Source: a virus (lineage: Duplodnaviria > Caudoviricetes). From it: a DNA stretch of 64,000 nucleotides. The stretch's first letter is position 1. Every line of letters begins with the position of its first letter. The stretch spans positions 102,365-166,364 of IMG/VR virus record IMGVR_UViG_3300013383_000001. The stretch is one strand, 5' to 3'. The notes under the pieces are model-generated. The model had not been told where the DNA came from. It did no database searches and worked only from the letters and a program-made list of their open reading frames with translations. Position numbers and translations under genes: made by a program. Below, piece after piece: positions 12,291-22,622 of this stretch.

Positions 12291-12498
12291 AAATCATTCG
12301 TCTTACCATTCTATAATAGTAATAGTTACCATCTTTCTTTAGATGATTAACTAATGTTTCTGCTTCTTTATCTGTAAGACAATATCCTATTACAGAATTA
12401 GGATCTTTCATTATTACCCATATTACACCAACGTCTGTAGCCATGTTTTAAAAAGTTGTAATACTGTTTTACCCAAATTCTATACTCAAAGGGATCTT

Positions 12499-12873
12499 TC
12501 ATTTATTAAAAATATTTTTCCAAGAGATTAAATATACATTATCATCTTTAATTGCATCAATGGATTCAGAAAGATTAATCACTTCAAATCCTCCCTCTAT
12601 AAAAGGTTGAAATATTTCTTTGATGTGACCTTTCAAATCGTCCTCAATATCAATGACACATCTATATGATTTTGAGAGCTGTAGACTGAACTCCGACTTA
12701 CCTTTGATAATATCCTTTATAGAGTCTTGTTTATCCTTTATACGCTTCTCTATGGCTTTGTATGAGCCTGGTCCGTATGTGGTTTCTATCCAAGCACGCT
12801 CTGCAGTAAATGGAGTTTCAGTCTTAGTAACACACTTTTTAATAGTATTCTTAATGTTTTCTGTTACGCTCAT
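12499..12873 (-). CDS. Hypothetical protein
   Basis: Operon-packed ORF. Confidence 0.6.
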   Translation of the reverse strand: MSVTENIKNTIKKCVTKTETPFTAERAWIETTYGPGSYKAIEKRIKDKQDSIKDIIKGKSEFSLQLSKSYRCVIDIEDDLKGHIKEIFQPFIEGGFEVINLSESIDAIKDDNVYLISWKNIFNK

Positions 12874-13429
12874 TGATTTCTTTTTTAAGTTGTTTGATTC
12901 CTCTTTTATTTAATGACATTGCTACTACTGGGATATTATATTTACTCTTCTTTATTTCTCCATCTTTATCACGATATTCATAAAGTCGAGATTCACCTTC
13001 CCAATTAGAATATCCTTTATCTAATGATTTATGATATTCTAATACATTTAATAAATATTCCCAATAGTATGCTGATCCATTTTGTCTTTCTCCAAATTCA
13101 TCTCTATAGTATATATTAAAATTAATAGAGAATCCAAATTTTCTAAAGAAACAAACCCATATAAATGGATTTGCTTCATGTCTAGGACTATTGTATTTAT
13201 CTTTCCACATTATATCACTTGCCCAAATATCTAATATACTTGATATATTTTTAAGCCAAGTATAAGGACAATTATATATAGGGTTAGAAAAGAAACTAAT
13301 ACTAATTTTTGGTCTTTTAAACCACATTCTCATCTTCCACCAAGTCTTAAGTGGGTTTTTAATCGATATATTAATTTTCATAACATTCAAATTCATCAAT
13401 ATTCCACCCATCAAGGTTTGGAAGCTCAA
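12851..13429 (-). CDS. Hypothetical protein (start probably at MKINIS)
   Basis: Long Trp-rich ORF. Confidence 0.6.
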   Translation of the reverse strand: MSFQTLMGGILMNLNVMKINISIKNPLKTWWKMRMWFKRPKISISFFSNPIYNCPYTWLKNISSILDIWASDIMWKDKYNSPRHEANPFIWVCFFRKFGFSINFNIYYRDEFGERQNGSAYYWEYLLNVLEYHKSLDKGYSNWEGESRLYEYRDKDGEIKKSKYNIPVVAMSLNKRGIKQLKKEINERNRKH

Positions 13430-13604
13430 CTTGATCTAGAACATCCTGTTTTAATGTAGGATACTCGTATGATACATTGTATCCACTTTCTCCTCCTTGT
13501 TCTAGGAGTTCTGGTTCTGCAAATTCTTCATAGTTATCTGTATATATAGTAAAGTCTTTACTAATACACAAACATACTGTTACATCAACCTTTTTCAAAT
13601 TCAA
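13371..13604 (-). CDS. Hypothetical protein (similar to 14160..14396)
   Basis: Shared C-terminal motif LDGWNIDEFEC / LNDWNVENCEY. Confidence 0.6.
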   Translation of the reverse strand: MNLKKVDVTVCLCISKDFTIYTDNYEEFAEPELLEQGGESGYNVSYEYPTLKQDVLDQVELPNLDGWNIDEFECYEN

Positions 13605-13842
13605 TTATCCATTCGTTGTCTTCAACGCCAATCTTAGATACTTTCATCCCATCTATCTCCTTTCCTACGGAGATAAACGGACCTCCAGGAGGATCTATAA
13701 AAGAATAATTATGATTCTTATAATCTTCATCAGAATCAAAACCTACCCTTACATGTTCTCCAGAGCATTTTAGAATATATTTATTCTCAGATATTGGTTC
13801 AAGATGTACATCATCACCATACCTGTTATAAAGTTTAATCAT
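13585..13842 (-). CDS. Hypothetical phage protein
   Basis: FIDPPGGPFISVG motif, operon-packed. Confidence 0.65.
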   Translation of the reverse strand: MIKLYNRYGDDVHLEPISENKYILKCSGEHVRVGFDSDEDYKNHNYSFIDPPGGPFISVGKEIDGMKVSKIGVEDNEWIIEFEKG

Positions 13843-14108
13843 TTCTCAAGACGTTTAATTTCGTCATTAATATAGAATCTTGCTTTCTTTAAATCCTCTA
13901 TCTGTTTATCTTTAGATGATATTCCTTCTTCTGATTTATGACCAGCACGAATTACATACTTTATTACATTTCCGAGATTAAAGTTCATGTGTCTAGTTAT
14001 ATCAATAACTTCTACACCACATAAATCTTTAAGCCAAGTATAATGCGAAGGATGTTCTACTCTATCAGGAGTTCTATTTAAATATGCTTGTTTTAACCAA
14101 TCTCCCAT
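13839..14108 (-). CDS. DUF3310 family protein (T7 gp1.7-like, putative nucleotide kinase)
   Basis: VEHPSHY...GNVIKYVIRAGHK...EDLKKARFY. Confidence 0.85.
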   Translation of the reverse strand: MGDWLKQAYLNRTPDRVEHPSHYTWLKDLCGVEVIDITRHMNFNLGNVIKYVIRAGHKSEEGISSKDKQIEDLKKARFYINDEIKRLEK

Positions 14109-14159
14109 GTACTAGTATAATTAGAATAATCAACTTTAAAAAATTCTACATTATTGTAA

Positions 14160-14396
14160 TCAACGTGCCAAGTATTCACAATTTTCCACATTCCAATCAT
14201 TTAAATCAAGTCCATTTAGTTTTAATCCTACCTTATTTAATATCTGTTGAACCTTAGATAGAGCATTATGAGGAAGTAATATTTCCTCTTTTGCTCTATT
14301 TAAAAGTTCTTCATCTGAAGTATTCTCACTTACTTCTAAAAATAAACTTCTACTCATGGTTATATTACAAACCACTTCTTTCATCAATGAATCCAT
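14160..14396 (-). CDS. Hypothetical protein
   Basis: Operon-packed ORF downstream of polA. Confidence 0.6.
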   Translation of the reverse strand: MDSLMKEVVCNITMSRSLFLEVSENTSDEELLNRAKEEILLPHNALSKVQQILNKVGLKLNGLDLNDWNVENCEYLAR

Positions 14397-16408
14397 CCTA
14401 ATCCTGTTTCAGGTTCTGCTGGTATCGGCAACTTTTTACAAAATACAGACGCGGCATTTTCCATACATTCTACTAATTTAGGAACTACCACATCTTTTAA
14501 CTCTTTTGGGTACTCTATTACATTTTCATCATGTACAATATTACACAATTTTACTTTACCAAACAAGTTACTGGAAATAATCCATTTAAAGAACATAATA
14601 TTTGAGAGCTTTATAATACAAGCACCAGTACCTTGAGTGGGTGAATTTAAAGACAATCTTTCCCACTTAGATATAGCCATATTATGTTCTTTTAACTCTT
14701 GTTTAGAATAAGTAGCTCTTCTAATATCATCAGGAATACTTTCTATTTTAGTCCATTTGTCAAAATCTTCCCAATAAATTTTATGACCAGTGACAGGAGT
14801 GATTAAAACATATCCATACTTTCTTACAAATGCAGCTCCCTTCTTTCTAAACTCAGAGATTCCTTTAAAACCTTCATTATAATTTTGTGCAATTTCTTTT
14901 GCTTCTTGCATACTACATCCTAAAGAATTTTGAATTGCTCTTGCACTACCGCCAAACTGTTGTGAAAACTCTACAGGTTTAGCTCTTTTTCTAAGATCTG
15001 GATATAGTTTTTTAATATCCTTTACAGGTACATCTTTTAATTCTTTAAAACAATGCTTAGCAGTTAGAGAATGAATATCTCCAGAACCTTCTAAATACTC
15101 TTTAAGCATAGATTGTTCATTATAAATATCTGCACCTAGTCTTGATTCCAAAGCGGCATAATCACAACTAGTTAAAAGATTACCATCTTCAGGAGAGAAA
15201 GCCATTCTAGTATCGTGATCACTAGGGAGATTCTGTAATTGAGGATACTGACAACTGCCTTTAGGTAAATGTTTATACTTAGTTAAATCTGTATTCTCAT
15301 TCTTAGATCCACAAGACATTCGCCCAGAGGAAGCTCCTAATTGTCTGAATACAGTGTGTATTCTATTAGTAATAGGATTTATAGCATCAAGATATTTTTG
15401 CCCAAAGGTATTGCACACAATTTCTGTTTCTTTTACTGCTAAATATAACTTTAAAAATTCATCATTAACACCTTTTTGTTTTATAAGTATCTTAGCATTT
15501 ACACTTTTCTTAGATTCTCCTGTTTTTTTATCAACAGCACTAACATCAAAACCGAGTGCTTCTACTATTGGGATTACTTGTTGTGCAGAAGACCAATTAA
15601 CTGTGCATATTGGACCAGTATTAAATTCTTCAAATAAAGAAGCATCAGGTATCTTATACATTTTAATAGGGAAATCTTTATGTTGCATATTAAAAGATAT
15701 TGCCCATTTATTAAGATTTTCTAAAGCCTCTTTATTACCATTCTCATCCTTCTGCATCTTTGTTTTCCATTTATTTACATCTAAATGAATCCCACACCAT
15801 TCAAGATACGCTATAACTGCAACAAAGCTATTTTCTAATTTAGCTCCATTATAACAAGATTTATCTTTACATTCTTGTAGTTGTTGCTCATAAATTTTTT
15901 CAAGATATGTAACATCTCCTGCTGCATATATTACAACATTAGAATCAAGACCTCTCCATATAATTTCACCACGAACTGTCTTATCTATATCAATGCCTAA
16001 TCGTCTTTCAGCTATAGCTTTTAAAGATACACGAAAGAATTTGCTATCATAACCAAGATGCAATAGTTGCTCTACTATCATAGTATCCCAAATCTTTCTA
16101 GGAACTATTTCATAATTATAGAGGAATTGTAAATCAAATTTAAGATTTTGACCAATGATAAGTTTTGATTCTAATATATCTTTAAAAAGAGTAATAGGGT
16201 AGTCTTTAGCATCTATAACCACCCTAGCATCACTAGAATCATTGCCTAATTGATAACATAATAATTCGCATAAATGCGGATCTCTACCACTAGTTTCAGT
16301 ATCAAACTGAATTACATCCCAACTTTTAATGATATTATAAGCATCTTCAAATGGTACTACTTTATACTGGTCTGTACTTTCTAAAGTATTACTTACAAGA
16401 AGAATCAT
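14384..16408 (-). CDS. polA: Family A DNA polymerase with 3'-5' exonuclease
   Basis: ExoI FDTET, ExoII QNLKFD, ExoIII YAAGD. Motif A DYAALESR, motif B RKRAKPVEFSQQFG, motif C VHDE. Confidence 0.95.
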   Translation of the reverse strand: MILLVSNTLESTDQYKVVPFEDAYNIIKSWDVIQFDTETSGRDPHLCELLCYQLGNDSSDARVVIDAKDYPITLFKDILESKLIIGQNLKFDLQFLYNYEIVPRKIWDTMIVEQLLHLGYDSKFFRVSLKAIAERRLGIDIDKTVRGEIIWRGLDSNVVIYAAGDVTYLEKIYEQQLQECKDKSCYNGAKLENSFVAVIAYLEWCGIHLDVNKWKTKMQKDENGNKEALENLNKWAISFNMQHKDFPIKMYKIPDASLFEEFNTGPICTVNWSSAQQVIPIVEALGFDVSAVDKKTGESKKSVNAKILIKQKGVNDEFLKLYLAVKETEIVCNTFGQKYLDAINPITNRIHTVFRQLGASSGRMSCGSKNENTDLTKYKHLPKGSCQYPQLQNLPSDHDTRMAFSPEDGNLLTSCDYAALESRLGADIYNEQSMLKEYLEGSGDIHSLTAKHCFKELKDVPVKDIKKLYPDLRKRAKPVEFSQQFGGSARAIQNSLGCSMQEAKEIAQNYNEGFKGISEFRKKGAAFVRKYGYVLITPVTGHKIYWEDFDKWTKIESIPDDIRRATYSKQELKEHNMAISKWERLSLNSPTQGTGACIIKLSNIMFFKWIISSNLFGKVKLCNIVHDENVIEYPKELKDVVVPKLVECMENAASVFCKKLPIPAEPETGLGWIH

Positions 16409-16916
16409 AAATTATTACATTTCCAATAGGATCAACAATAGTATCTTTAATGTTATAAAGTGCCAGTTTCTGACTAAAATATTCAGGTTGTTTATCTACT
16501 ACATATTGCACCACACTATCAGACATTGGTATTTCGCAATATATTTTGCCTGTGATTATATTTTTAACACGAGGATCTTTAGACAGAATTACATCAAGTC
16601 TATGTTCATATTGAGCATTAGTGTACCACAAATCCTCAGTTACCATAAGTCCATGATGTGCAATATCTCTAGTAATACTATCACTAATTGCAATTGCAGA
16701 TTCCATTACACTAGCAGGATTCACTGTTAATCGTATTCTGCATTTAAGTTTATTAGCAAAATATTTTAATTTATCTATTGAATCAATTAATGCTTGACAA
16801 CTTCTTACTTTATATGTTTGAACAAATTGCGAGTTCGCAAGACTTATTGTATAATAATAATCCTCATCAAACTTCAGAAACCAATAAGGTGTTAATTCGT
16901 GTCGATTTTTAATCAT
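16389..16916 (-). CDS. Hypothetical protein
   Basis: Operon-packed ORF between the sigma and polA genes. Confidence 0.6.
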   Translation of the reverse strand: MIKNRHELTPYWFLKFDEDYYYTISLANSQFVQTYKVRSCQALIDSIDKLKYFANKLKCRIRLTVNPASVMESAIAISDSITRDIAHHGLMVTEDLWYTNAQYEHRLDVILSKDPRVKNIITGKIYCEIPMSDSVVQYVVDKQPEYFSQKLALYNIKDTIVDPIGNVIIYDSSCK

Positions 16917-17764
16917 ATAAATTCACTTAATTCTTCGGAATAATTCTTTTTTAAATTAGAGATAGTAACTATAAGAAGTTGTCTTACTCTTTCTTTAGTA
17001 AGACCCATTCTAGCAGCAATCTCTTCTTTAGTTAAAGATTGCATACCAATTCCAAAGTACATACATATTAAATCATGTTCCCTTGATGGAAGCTCTTCTA
17101 CTATCTCGTGTATCTTCTTAGATAAATCATTATTAATAAGAGTACTATCAACTAACTCTTTTTCATCTTTCAAATTATCGGCAAGAGTGCCTATTTCTCC
17201 TTCACGAATAGGATTATCTAAAGATACGCCTTTATTATAAGTAGATAAGATAGTACTAATCTTTTCTTCATTTAAATCAGTATCATCTTGTATCTCCTCG
17301 ATAGTAGGTCTTCTTTGATACTTTTGCTCAAATTTATCTATAACTCTATTCAGTTTACCAAGATTTGCAGAATAATTGGTAGGTATTCTTACAGATCTAC
17401 TTGTATTAGCTAATGCTTTAACAATAGCTTGTCTAATCCACCATACTGCATAAGAGATGAACTTAAATCCTCTTGATTCATCAAATTTTTCAGCAGCTTT
17501 AGTAGCACCTATTACTGCTTCTTGTATTAAATCAACTAATGGAAGACCTTTGTGTTGGTATTGTTTTGCTACAGATACACAAAAACGAAGATTGGCAGTC
17601 ACTAATTCGGTAACTGCCTTTTTATCTCCATTTTTAATACGTCTTGCTAATTCAATCTCTTCTTCATCTGAAATCATTTTTATCCTATTTAAATCCATAA
17701 ATAAGATACGAAGAGAATCATCAGGTCTATCAGTTATAGATTTGGATATTGTAAAATTACCCAT
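16913..17764 (-). CDS. RNA polymerase sigma-70 factor (RpoD/SigA-like, Bacteroidota type)
   Basis: Region 2 ANLRFCVSVAKQYQ...DLIQE...FDESRGFKFISYAVWWIRQAI. Region 4 HTH EEIAARMGLTKERVRQ. Confidence 0.93.
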   Translation of the reverse strand: MGNFTISKSITDRPDDSLRILFMDLNRIKMISDEEEIELARRIKNGDKKAVTELVTANLRFCVSVAKQYQHKGLPLVDLIQEAVIGATKAAEKFDESRGFKFISYAVWWIRQAIVKALANTSRSVRIPTNYSANLGKLNRVIDKFEQKYQRRPTIEEIQDDTDLNEEKISTILSTYNKGVSLDNPIREGEIGTLADNLKDEKELVDSTLINNDLSKKIHEIVEELPSREHDLICMYFGIGMQSLTKEEIAARMGLTKERVRQLLIVTISNLKKNYSEELSEFI

Positions 17765-18217
17765 TTATAATCCTGTTTGTATTGTAAAGAAATTAAAATC
17801 CTTACTCTTTCCAAGTACATGTACTGTATTCTTAAGAGTTCTAATGATATTAACATCTCCTTCAAAATCTTCAAGTACTGTTACACAATGAGGATATTCT
17901 TTAATAAAATCATTAAATGTAGGATTCACTTTAAGAACTTCCTTAAGAAGAAATACACCAACCATCCCAGCATCTGCAGTAAAAGTACCTAGCTCGGGGA
18001 GATCAATATCATAATCACTTCCTGATTCTAAATAAGAACAGATTTCTGCTTCTGGCTTCTTATCAGTTTTAAATGTAGTACATGTCCAATCTCCACACAC
18101 AGTATTACTTATTATATAATTTTTAAATTTATGATTTGTTATCTCATCATAAATATCATCATACGCATTAGTAATATAACATGGATCAGTGATAATAATT
18201 GTTCCTTTAAACATCAT
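17765..18217 (-). CDS. Hypothetical phage protein
   Basis: IIITDPCY and GTFTADAGMVGVF motifs. Confidence 0.65.
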   Translation of the reverse strand: MMFKGTIIITDPCYITNAYDDIYDEITNHKFKNYIISNTVCGDWTCTTFKTDKKPEAEICSYLESGSDYDIDLPELGTFTADAGMVGVFLLKEVLKVNPTFNDFIKEYPHCVTVLEDFEGDVNIIRTLKNTVHVLGKSKDFNFFTIQTGL

Positions 18218-18221
18218 TTTA

Positions 18222-19412
18222 TTAAATTAAATCAGCTCTAAAGGCTAAAAATTTAGGTTGTTGAGGGATTCCCTCTTCTGATAATTCAAAGTATTTACAA
18301 TCTCCTAATTGATTTCTATAACTCTCAAAATTATCAACGTATTCTTGCTTAGTTTCTCTATCTCCTAATGGCATCGCCCTAAAAGTTCTACCATCTTCCA
18401 TTTCACAGATAAATACCATATCTTCTGAACCTCGAAGACCAAGCTCATAATCAATAACTTTAAAAGTATCATCCTTATACTCCTTTATCTTTATCCAATC
18501 ATTGCCACGAGATCCAGGTTTGTAAACAGAATCAGCTAAACGAATAACTAAACCTTCCCAACCTTCTGACACGAAAGCATCATGAAGTTTTTTCATATTA
18601 TCCCAACCTGATACTTTCTCTTGTGGTACTAATTGTATGCGTAGATCATCATCAGAAAAAGACTTATACGGATCGAAATCAGGCAATTGTAGCTCCTTAC
18701 TCCACTCCAGCATAGTCTTATATCGTTCAGTAAATGACTTCGTCAGATCGACTATATCATACCAATAAAACTGTAAATCTTTACCATCATCTACAGTACT
18801 TTGAGTTCTACATATTCCTGATATTTTCTGTAATGACATTCCATGTTTATAGATTTCACCATCTAAAACAGCATCAGGATGATTTTTGAAGAACTCTTTA
18901 AGTATAGGATGTTCAATTATATGATATAAAGCTATATCATAATTCATTGCTCCTCTAGATGCAGTATGTATTTTACCATTTTTGTAGTATAAAAGTGCTC
19001 TTGTTCCGTTAATTTTTCTACTTCCATAATACTCTTTATTAAAAGCACTTTTAGGAACTTTCTCGCTTTGTTTAGCGAGCATAGGTTTGAGGATTCCTTC
19101 TCCTCTAGTCTTTACTTCTCCGATGAGTTTATTTAATTCATCTTCGGAATAAGCATCGATAGGATTAAGAAGTTCCTTGTAACCTTTATCTTTATATTTC
19201 TTTATAAGGCTATTAAACTCAAGTGCTGCTTGTTCAGAAACAGTTCTCTTTGCTTTACCTTTCTCTATATGTTTATTAGGTTGTTGGGTCATTTTACCAT
19301 TATAACAACCTGTAAATCTATAAATAATATATGAGTGGGACTCTTCATCCCACTCACACTTTATAGATACAACTCTTATTTTTCCTTTCGAGTCTTTACT
19401 TACAAGATCCAT
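18222..19412 (-). CDS. ATP-dependent DNA ligase with N-terminal WGR-like extension
   Basis: Motif I RKINGTR, III LDGEIY, IV EGLVIR, V WIKIK, C-terminal PQQPKFLAFR. Confidence 0.9.
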   Translation of the reverse strand: MDLVSKDSKGKIRVVSIKCEWDEESHSYIIYRFTGCYNGKMTQQPNKHIEKGKAKRTVSEQAALEFNSLIKKYKDKGYKELLNPIDAYSEDELNKLIGEVKTRGEGILKPMLAKQSEKVPKSAFNKEYYGSRKINGTRALLYYKNGKIHTASRGAMNYDIALYHIIEHPILKEFFKNHPDAVLDGEIYKHGMSLQKISGICRTQSTVDDGKDLQFYWYDIVDLTKSFTERYKTMLEWSKELQLPDFDPYKSFSDDDLRIQLVPQEKVSGWDNMKKLHDAFVSEGWEGLVIRLADSVYKPGSRGNDWIKIKEYKDDTFKVIDYELGLRGSEDMVFICEMEDGRTFRAMPLGDRETKQEYVDNFESYRNQLGDCKYFELSEEGIPQQPKFLAFRADLI

Positions 19413-19768
19413 TAATACCAGATGCTAAATATAATTTCTTGATCATCATCAAGAGTTTCTGCAATATCAAGAAGGTTTTCAAACTCATCAAGAGCATCTT
19501 TTACATCTGCAAAGTAGTTATCATCATAGTCAGTACTACCAAAGAAGAAACCTTCACGAGTTGGAAGAAGTTCAGGTGCTTTAGAATGGTCGTCAAGAAC
19601 AATTCTTGCTTTCTCAATGAAATCACGAATATCAGATTTATAAATGCATACTTCTTCTTGAGTAGCTATCTGTTCATCTGTCATAAACTGAGGAAGTAAG
19701 AAATTATACTTTCTAAAGTCACACACACCTCTTTCGGTTCTAATCGATACATTAATGTCAAGTCCCAT
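19412..19768 (-). CDS. Hypothetical phage protein
   Basis: MGLD...LLPTREGFFFGSTDYDD motif. Confidence 0.7.
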   Translation of the reverse strand: MGLDINVSIRTERGVCDFRKYNFLLPQFMTDEQIATQEEVCIYKSDIRDFIEKARIVLDDHSKAPELLPTREGFFFGSTDYDDNYFADVKDALDEFENLLDIAETLDDDQEIIFSIWY

Positions 19769-19769
19769 G

Positions 19770-20066
19770 TTATTTTAAATTATGTTTAACAATATTCCAA
19801 ATATCTCTAAGTGTTTCTGTAGGTACTTCTTTATTATCTATCTTCATTATATAATCAGGTCTGTTCTTCTTTTCATATAACCACCAATAGATAGTTTCTG
19901 CGCCTTCATCATCGAAGTAAGCATGTATTACTTCATCAAACATCATAAATGCATAATTTGTTATAAAGGCATCTCCCATATAAAATCCTGCATCATATAT
20001 AATATCTAATTTATCATTTACTTCTTTAGTACTATTCATTAACTGAATAAAAGATACTTCGTTCAT
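19770..20066 (-). CDS. Hypothetical protein (paralog of 50590..50907)
   Basis: Shared F.EEG.E.I.W.L and T..ELW motifs. Confidence 0.65.
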   Translation of the reverse strand: MNEVSFIQLMNSTKEVNDKLDIIYDAGFYMGDAFITNYAFMMFDEVIHAYFDDEGAETIYWWLYEKKNRPDYIMKIDNKEVPTETLRDIWNIVKHNLK

Positions 20067-20400
20067 TAAGCCAATTAATTATTTCATTTTTACTAGTTCC
20101 TGATTTCCACCAGAATAAATCCTCTATAAGTTTATTATCCTTCCATAGATCAGGATTATCTAAAGCATCCATGATTTGATTAACTGATACAGTATCAGTC
20201 ATTTCACAACAATCATCACACCATACATCTTCTTCAGTTTCGCAAAATTCACAAAAAGAATAATCATTTATATAAACCCATGCTTTACAACATACATTAT
20301 CAGATCCACATTTTTCACAAAACAGAGTGTTGCTTCTAATATTACTCATTCTCATTTTCTTCAGTTTTAGATGAAATGGTAAATCTATTACATCCGTCAT
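20032..20400 (-). CDS. Zn-ribbon hypothetical protein
   Basis: CEKCGS...WCDDC. True start probably near 20350. Confidence 0.6.
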   Translation of the reverse strand: MTDVIDLPFHLKLKKMRMSNIRSNTLFCEKCGSDNVCCKAWVYINDYSFCEFCETEEDVWCDDCCEMTDTVSVNQIMDALDNPDLWKDNKLIEDLFWWKSGTSKNEIINWLNERSIFYSVNE

Positions 20401-20704
20401 GGTGATATGCTTCTAATTGATATGTTGGCAGTTCTGCATTATCATCAATTACCCAGATATTAAATTCATCAGTATCTTTTCCAAGACATTTACGTACTGC
20501 CTCAACATACGTATCACATTCGTATGGCATAATATCCTTTTGACCATGCCATAAACCAAGTGTACCTGTTATAACACAGGGATCAGTAGGAAGTTCATCT
20601 ATAAAATCATCATACATCCAATCAAATTCATCATCTTCCTCAATAGGATGTCCGAGAAATGATTCTTCTGTACTAAGTACCAGTTTACGAGTTTTCTCTT
20701 GCAT
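20342..20704 (-). CDS. Hypothetical protein
   Basis: GTLGLWHG...YHHDGCN. Start moved to MQEKT. Confidence 0.6.
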   Translation of the reverse strand: MQEKTRKLVLSTEESFLGHPIEEDDEFDWMYDDFIDELPTDPCVITGTLGLWHGQKDIMPYECDTYVEAVRKCLGKDTDEFNIWVIDDNAELPTYQLEAYHHDGCNRFTISSKTEENENE

Positions 20705-20894
20705 ATTTATAAACATTAGACCATTCATTACTATTACGAAGTGCTGCTTCAGCAGTTTCAAGATTACAACCAGTTGCATGAACAACTTTCAGAATATTAC
20801 CAATACTATTAGAAATCATTGTCTTCTCCTCCTTTAGCGATTAACCATCCAGTTATTAATATAATTAATATACAAATTATAGGTATTACCCAAT

Positions 20895-21149
20895 TCATTC
20901 TTTTATAAGTTCTTCAATACAGTCCTTTATTGTATCTTCATCTGAATAAAGTTCATCCATATCTATATCAGCATCTGCAGGAATATCACAAACTTGCTTG
21001 AGATAATGATAAGGATCTTCGTAGAACTCATCTATTAAATTATCTATATCTTTAATGTCAGGATTTTCTTCTACAATAACCTTTGCTATATCATAAGCAT
21101 TAATCCTATCCCATTGCTCTACTCGATATACAACATCAATAAATTCCAT
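20895..21149 (-). CDS. Acidic hypothetical protein
   Basis: Operon-packed ORF. Confidence 0.6.
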   Translation of the reverse strand: MEFIDVVYRVEQWDRINAYDIAKVIVEENPDIKDIDNLIDEFYEDPYHYLKQVCDIPADADIDMDELYSDEDTIKDCIEELIKE

Positions 21150-21462
21150 ATTCTTTTACTTTATTTTTAAATGCTTCTTTTATTTCATCTTCATATTCTT
21201 CAATAATCTGAAAGTCATAATCATCCTCTCCTACCGTCTCAGGCAATCCTGCACAATGTAGATAATATGTACAATTAGAATAAAAGAGGTCAAGGAGTAT
21301 TTCCATGACCTCTTCTATATTCTTATTATTAACTATATTAGATTCTTTAAATTCATGCTTCATCTGTTGTTTAGTAAACTCATTAGTTACTACTACATTA
21401 GCTAACTTATCAATATCTAAATCTAAAGAATCTTGAATAGTATAATCAATATTTATTATCAT
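21136..21462 (-). CDS. Acidic hypothetical protein
   Basis: Operon-packed ORF. Confidence 0.6.
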   Translation of the reverse strand: MIINIDYTIQDSLDLDIDKLANVVVTNEFTKQQMKHEFKESNIVNNKNIEEVMEILLDLFYSNCTYYLHCAGLPETVGEDDYDFQIIEEYEDEIKEAFKNKVKEYGIY

Positions 21463-21722
21463 TTAAATACCCTGCGTCTTTGTGCTTCAGTTACTTCATT
21501 GGCTTGCTTACCCCATACTCCCTCTTTCTTCATACGATTTATAAGGGCAACACTCTTCCAATTACCATCACCATCAAGGTATCCTTGAACACCTCTAATT
21601 ATGATAGGTTTACGACCTGCCCGCTGATCTTTATCAAGTTTAGCTATCTGAACTTTGTTAAGTTTCTTAGGTTGCATTTTCTCAAAGTTCGCTGATTCGT
21701 CAATTATATCATTCTTAGGCAT
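21459..21722 (-). CDS. Basic hypothetical protein
   Basis: Operon-packed ORF. Confidence 0.6.
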   Translation of the reverse strand: MPKNDIIDESANFEKMQPKKLNKVQIAKLDKDQRAGRKPIIIRGVQGYLDGDGNWKSVALINRMKKEGVWGKQANEVTEAQRRRVFK

Positions 21723-21728
21723 ATTATT

Positions 21729-22280
21729 TTATTTATTAGATATATAGTTTCCATCTTTATCGAGGTTAGAATGCCCGAAGCCTCCGCCACGGTTTTCTCC
21801 GACTAGCTCTGAGAGTGATTTTACACTCTGCCAATCTATATGAGGTACTTCACTTAGTACCATCTGTGCTATACGCTCACCATCTTCAATCCAAATGGTC
21901 TCAAAACCATGATTAATTACTGGTACGCCTATCTCATTTTTATAACTCGCGTCTATAGTCCCTATAGAGTTAGTTAAATTTAATCCTTTCTTGATTGAGA
22001 GTCCACTACGAGGCCTAATTTGTATTTCATAACCTTCAGGGATAGAAGTGTATAGACCAGTAGGAATAATTGCTCTGCTACCTGGTTCTAAGCGCAACAT
22101 AGTAGTAGGATGCCCTTCACCAGCAAAGATTATCTCACCTTCTCCATAAAGTTTAATGGGGTTCTCTGGAGATACTCTACTAAAATCTGCACGGATGTCT
22201 GCACCTGCATCTGTAGGATGTGTGTATTCAGGATTAGGATTATTAGAAATGTTATAAATTTGTACTACTACATTAATCAT
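21729..22280 (-). CDS. dut: Trimeric dUTPase
   Basis: DAGAD, PRSG, GTIDASY, RIAQMV and RGGGFGHS motifs. Confidence 0.95.
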   Translation of the reverse strand: MINVVVQIYNISNNPNPEYTHPTDAGADIRADFSRVSPENPIKLYGEGEIIFAGEGHPTTMLRLEPGSRAIIPTGLYTSIPEGYEIQIRPRSGLSIKKGLNLTNSIGTIDASYKNEIGVPVINHGFETIWIEDGERIAQMVLSEVPHIDWQSVKSLSELVGENRGGGFGHSNLDKDGNYISNK

Positions 22281-22609
22281 ATAGCTTCCTCCTCATTAGT
22301 TTTAATATTACATCTATAAACTACATCTGTATCTACTATTCCATACCATCCATTAGCTAATGCATCAAATAAATATACATAGTCATCTAAGCAGTATGGC
22401 TTTTCTACTTGAGTGTGTCCTACTATTTGTTTATAACCTTTAAACTTATCCATTATAAGTGTATTAGGTCTTATCCAAGTGCAGGGTTGAGTTACACTAT
22501 CTCCTGAATGATCCCAAGGATTATGTGTAGCATAGGCTTTTAATCGCATCTGCATATCTGCGGCAAATCCTATCTTTAATCGATCAGAAGATTTTAATAA
22601 ATATAACAT
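22277..22609 (-). pseudogene. Apparent deletion chimera: T5orf172/GIY-YIG-like N-terminus joined to a metallophosphoesterase C-terminus
   Basis: MLYLLKSSDRLKIGF...RLKAYATHNP joined to ...WIRP...QIVGHTQ. The N-terminal metallophosphoesterase motifs are absent. Confidence 0.5.
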
Positions 22610-22622
22610 TAAATTTTGACCA

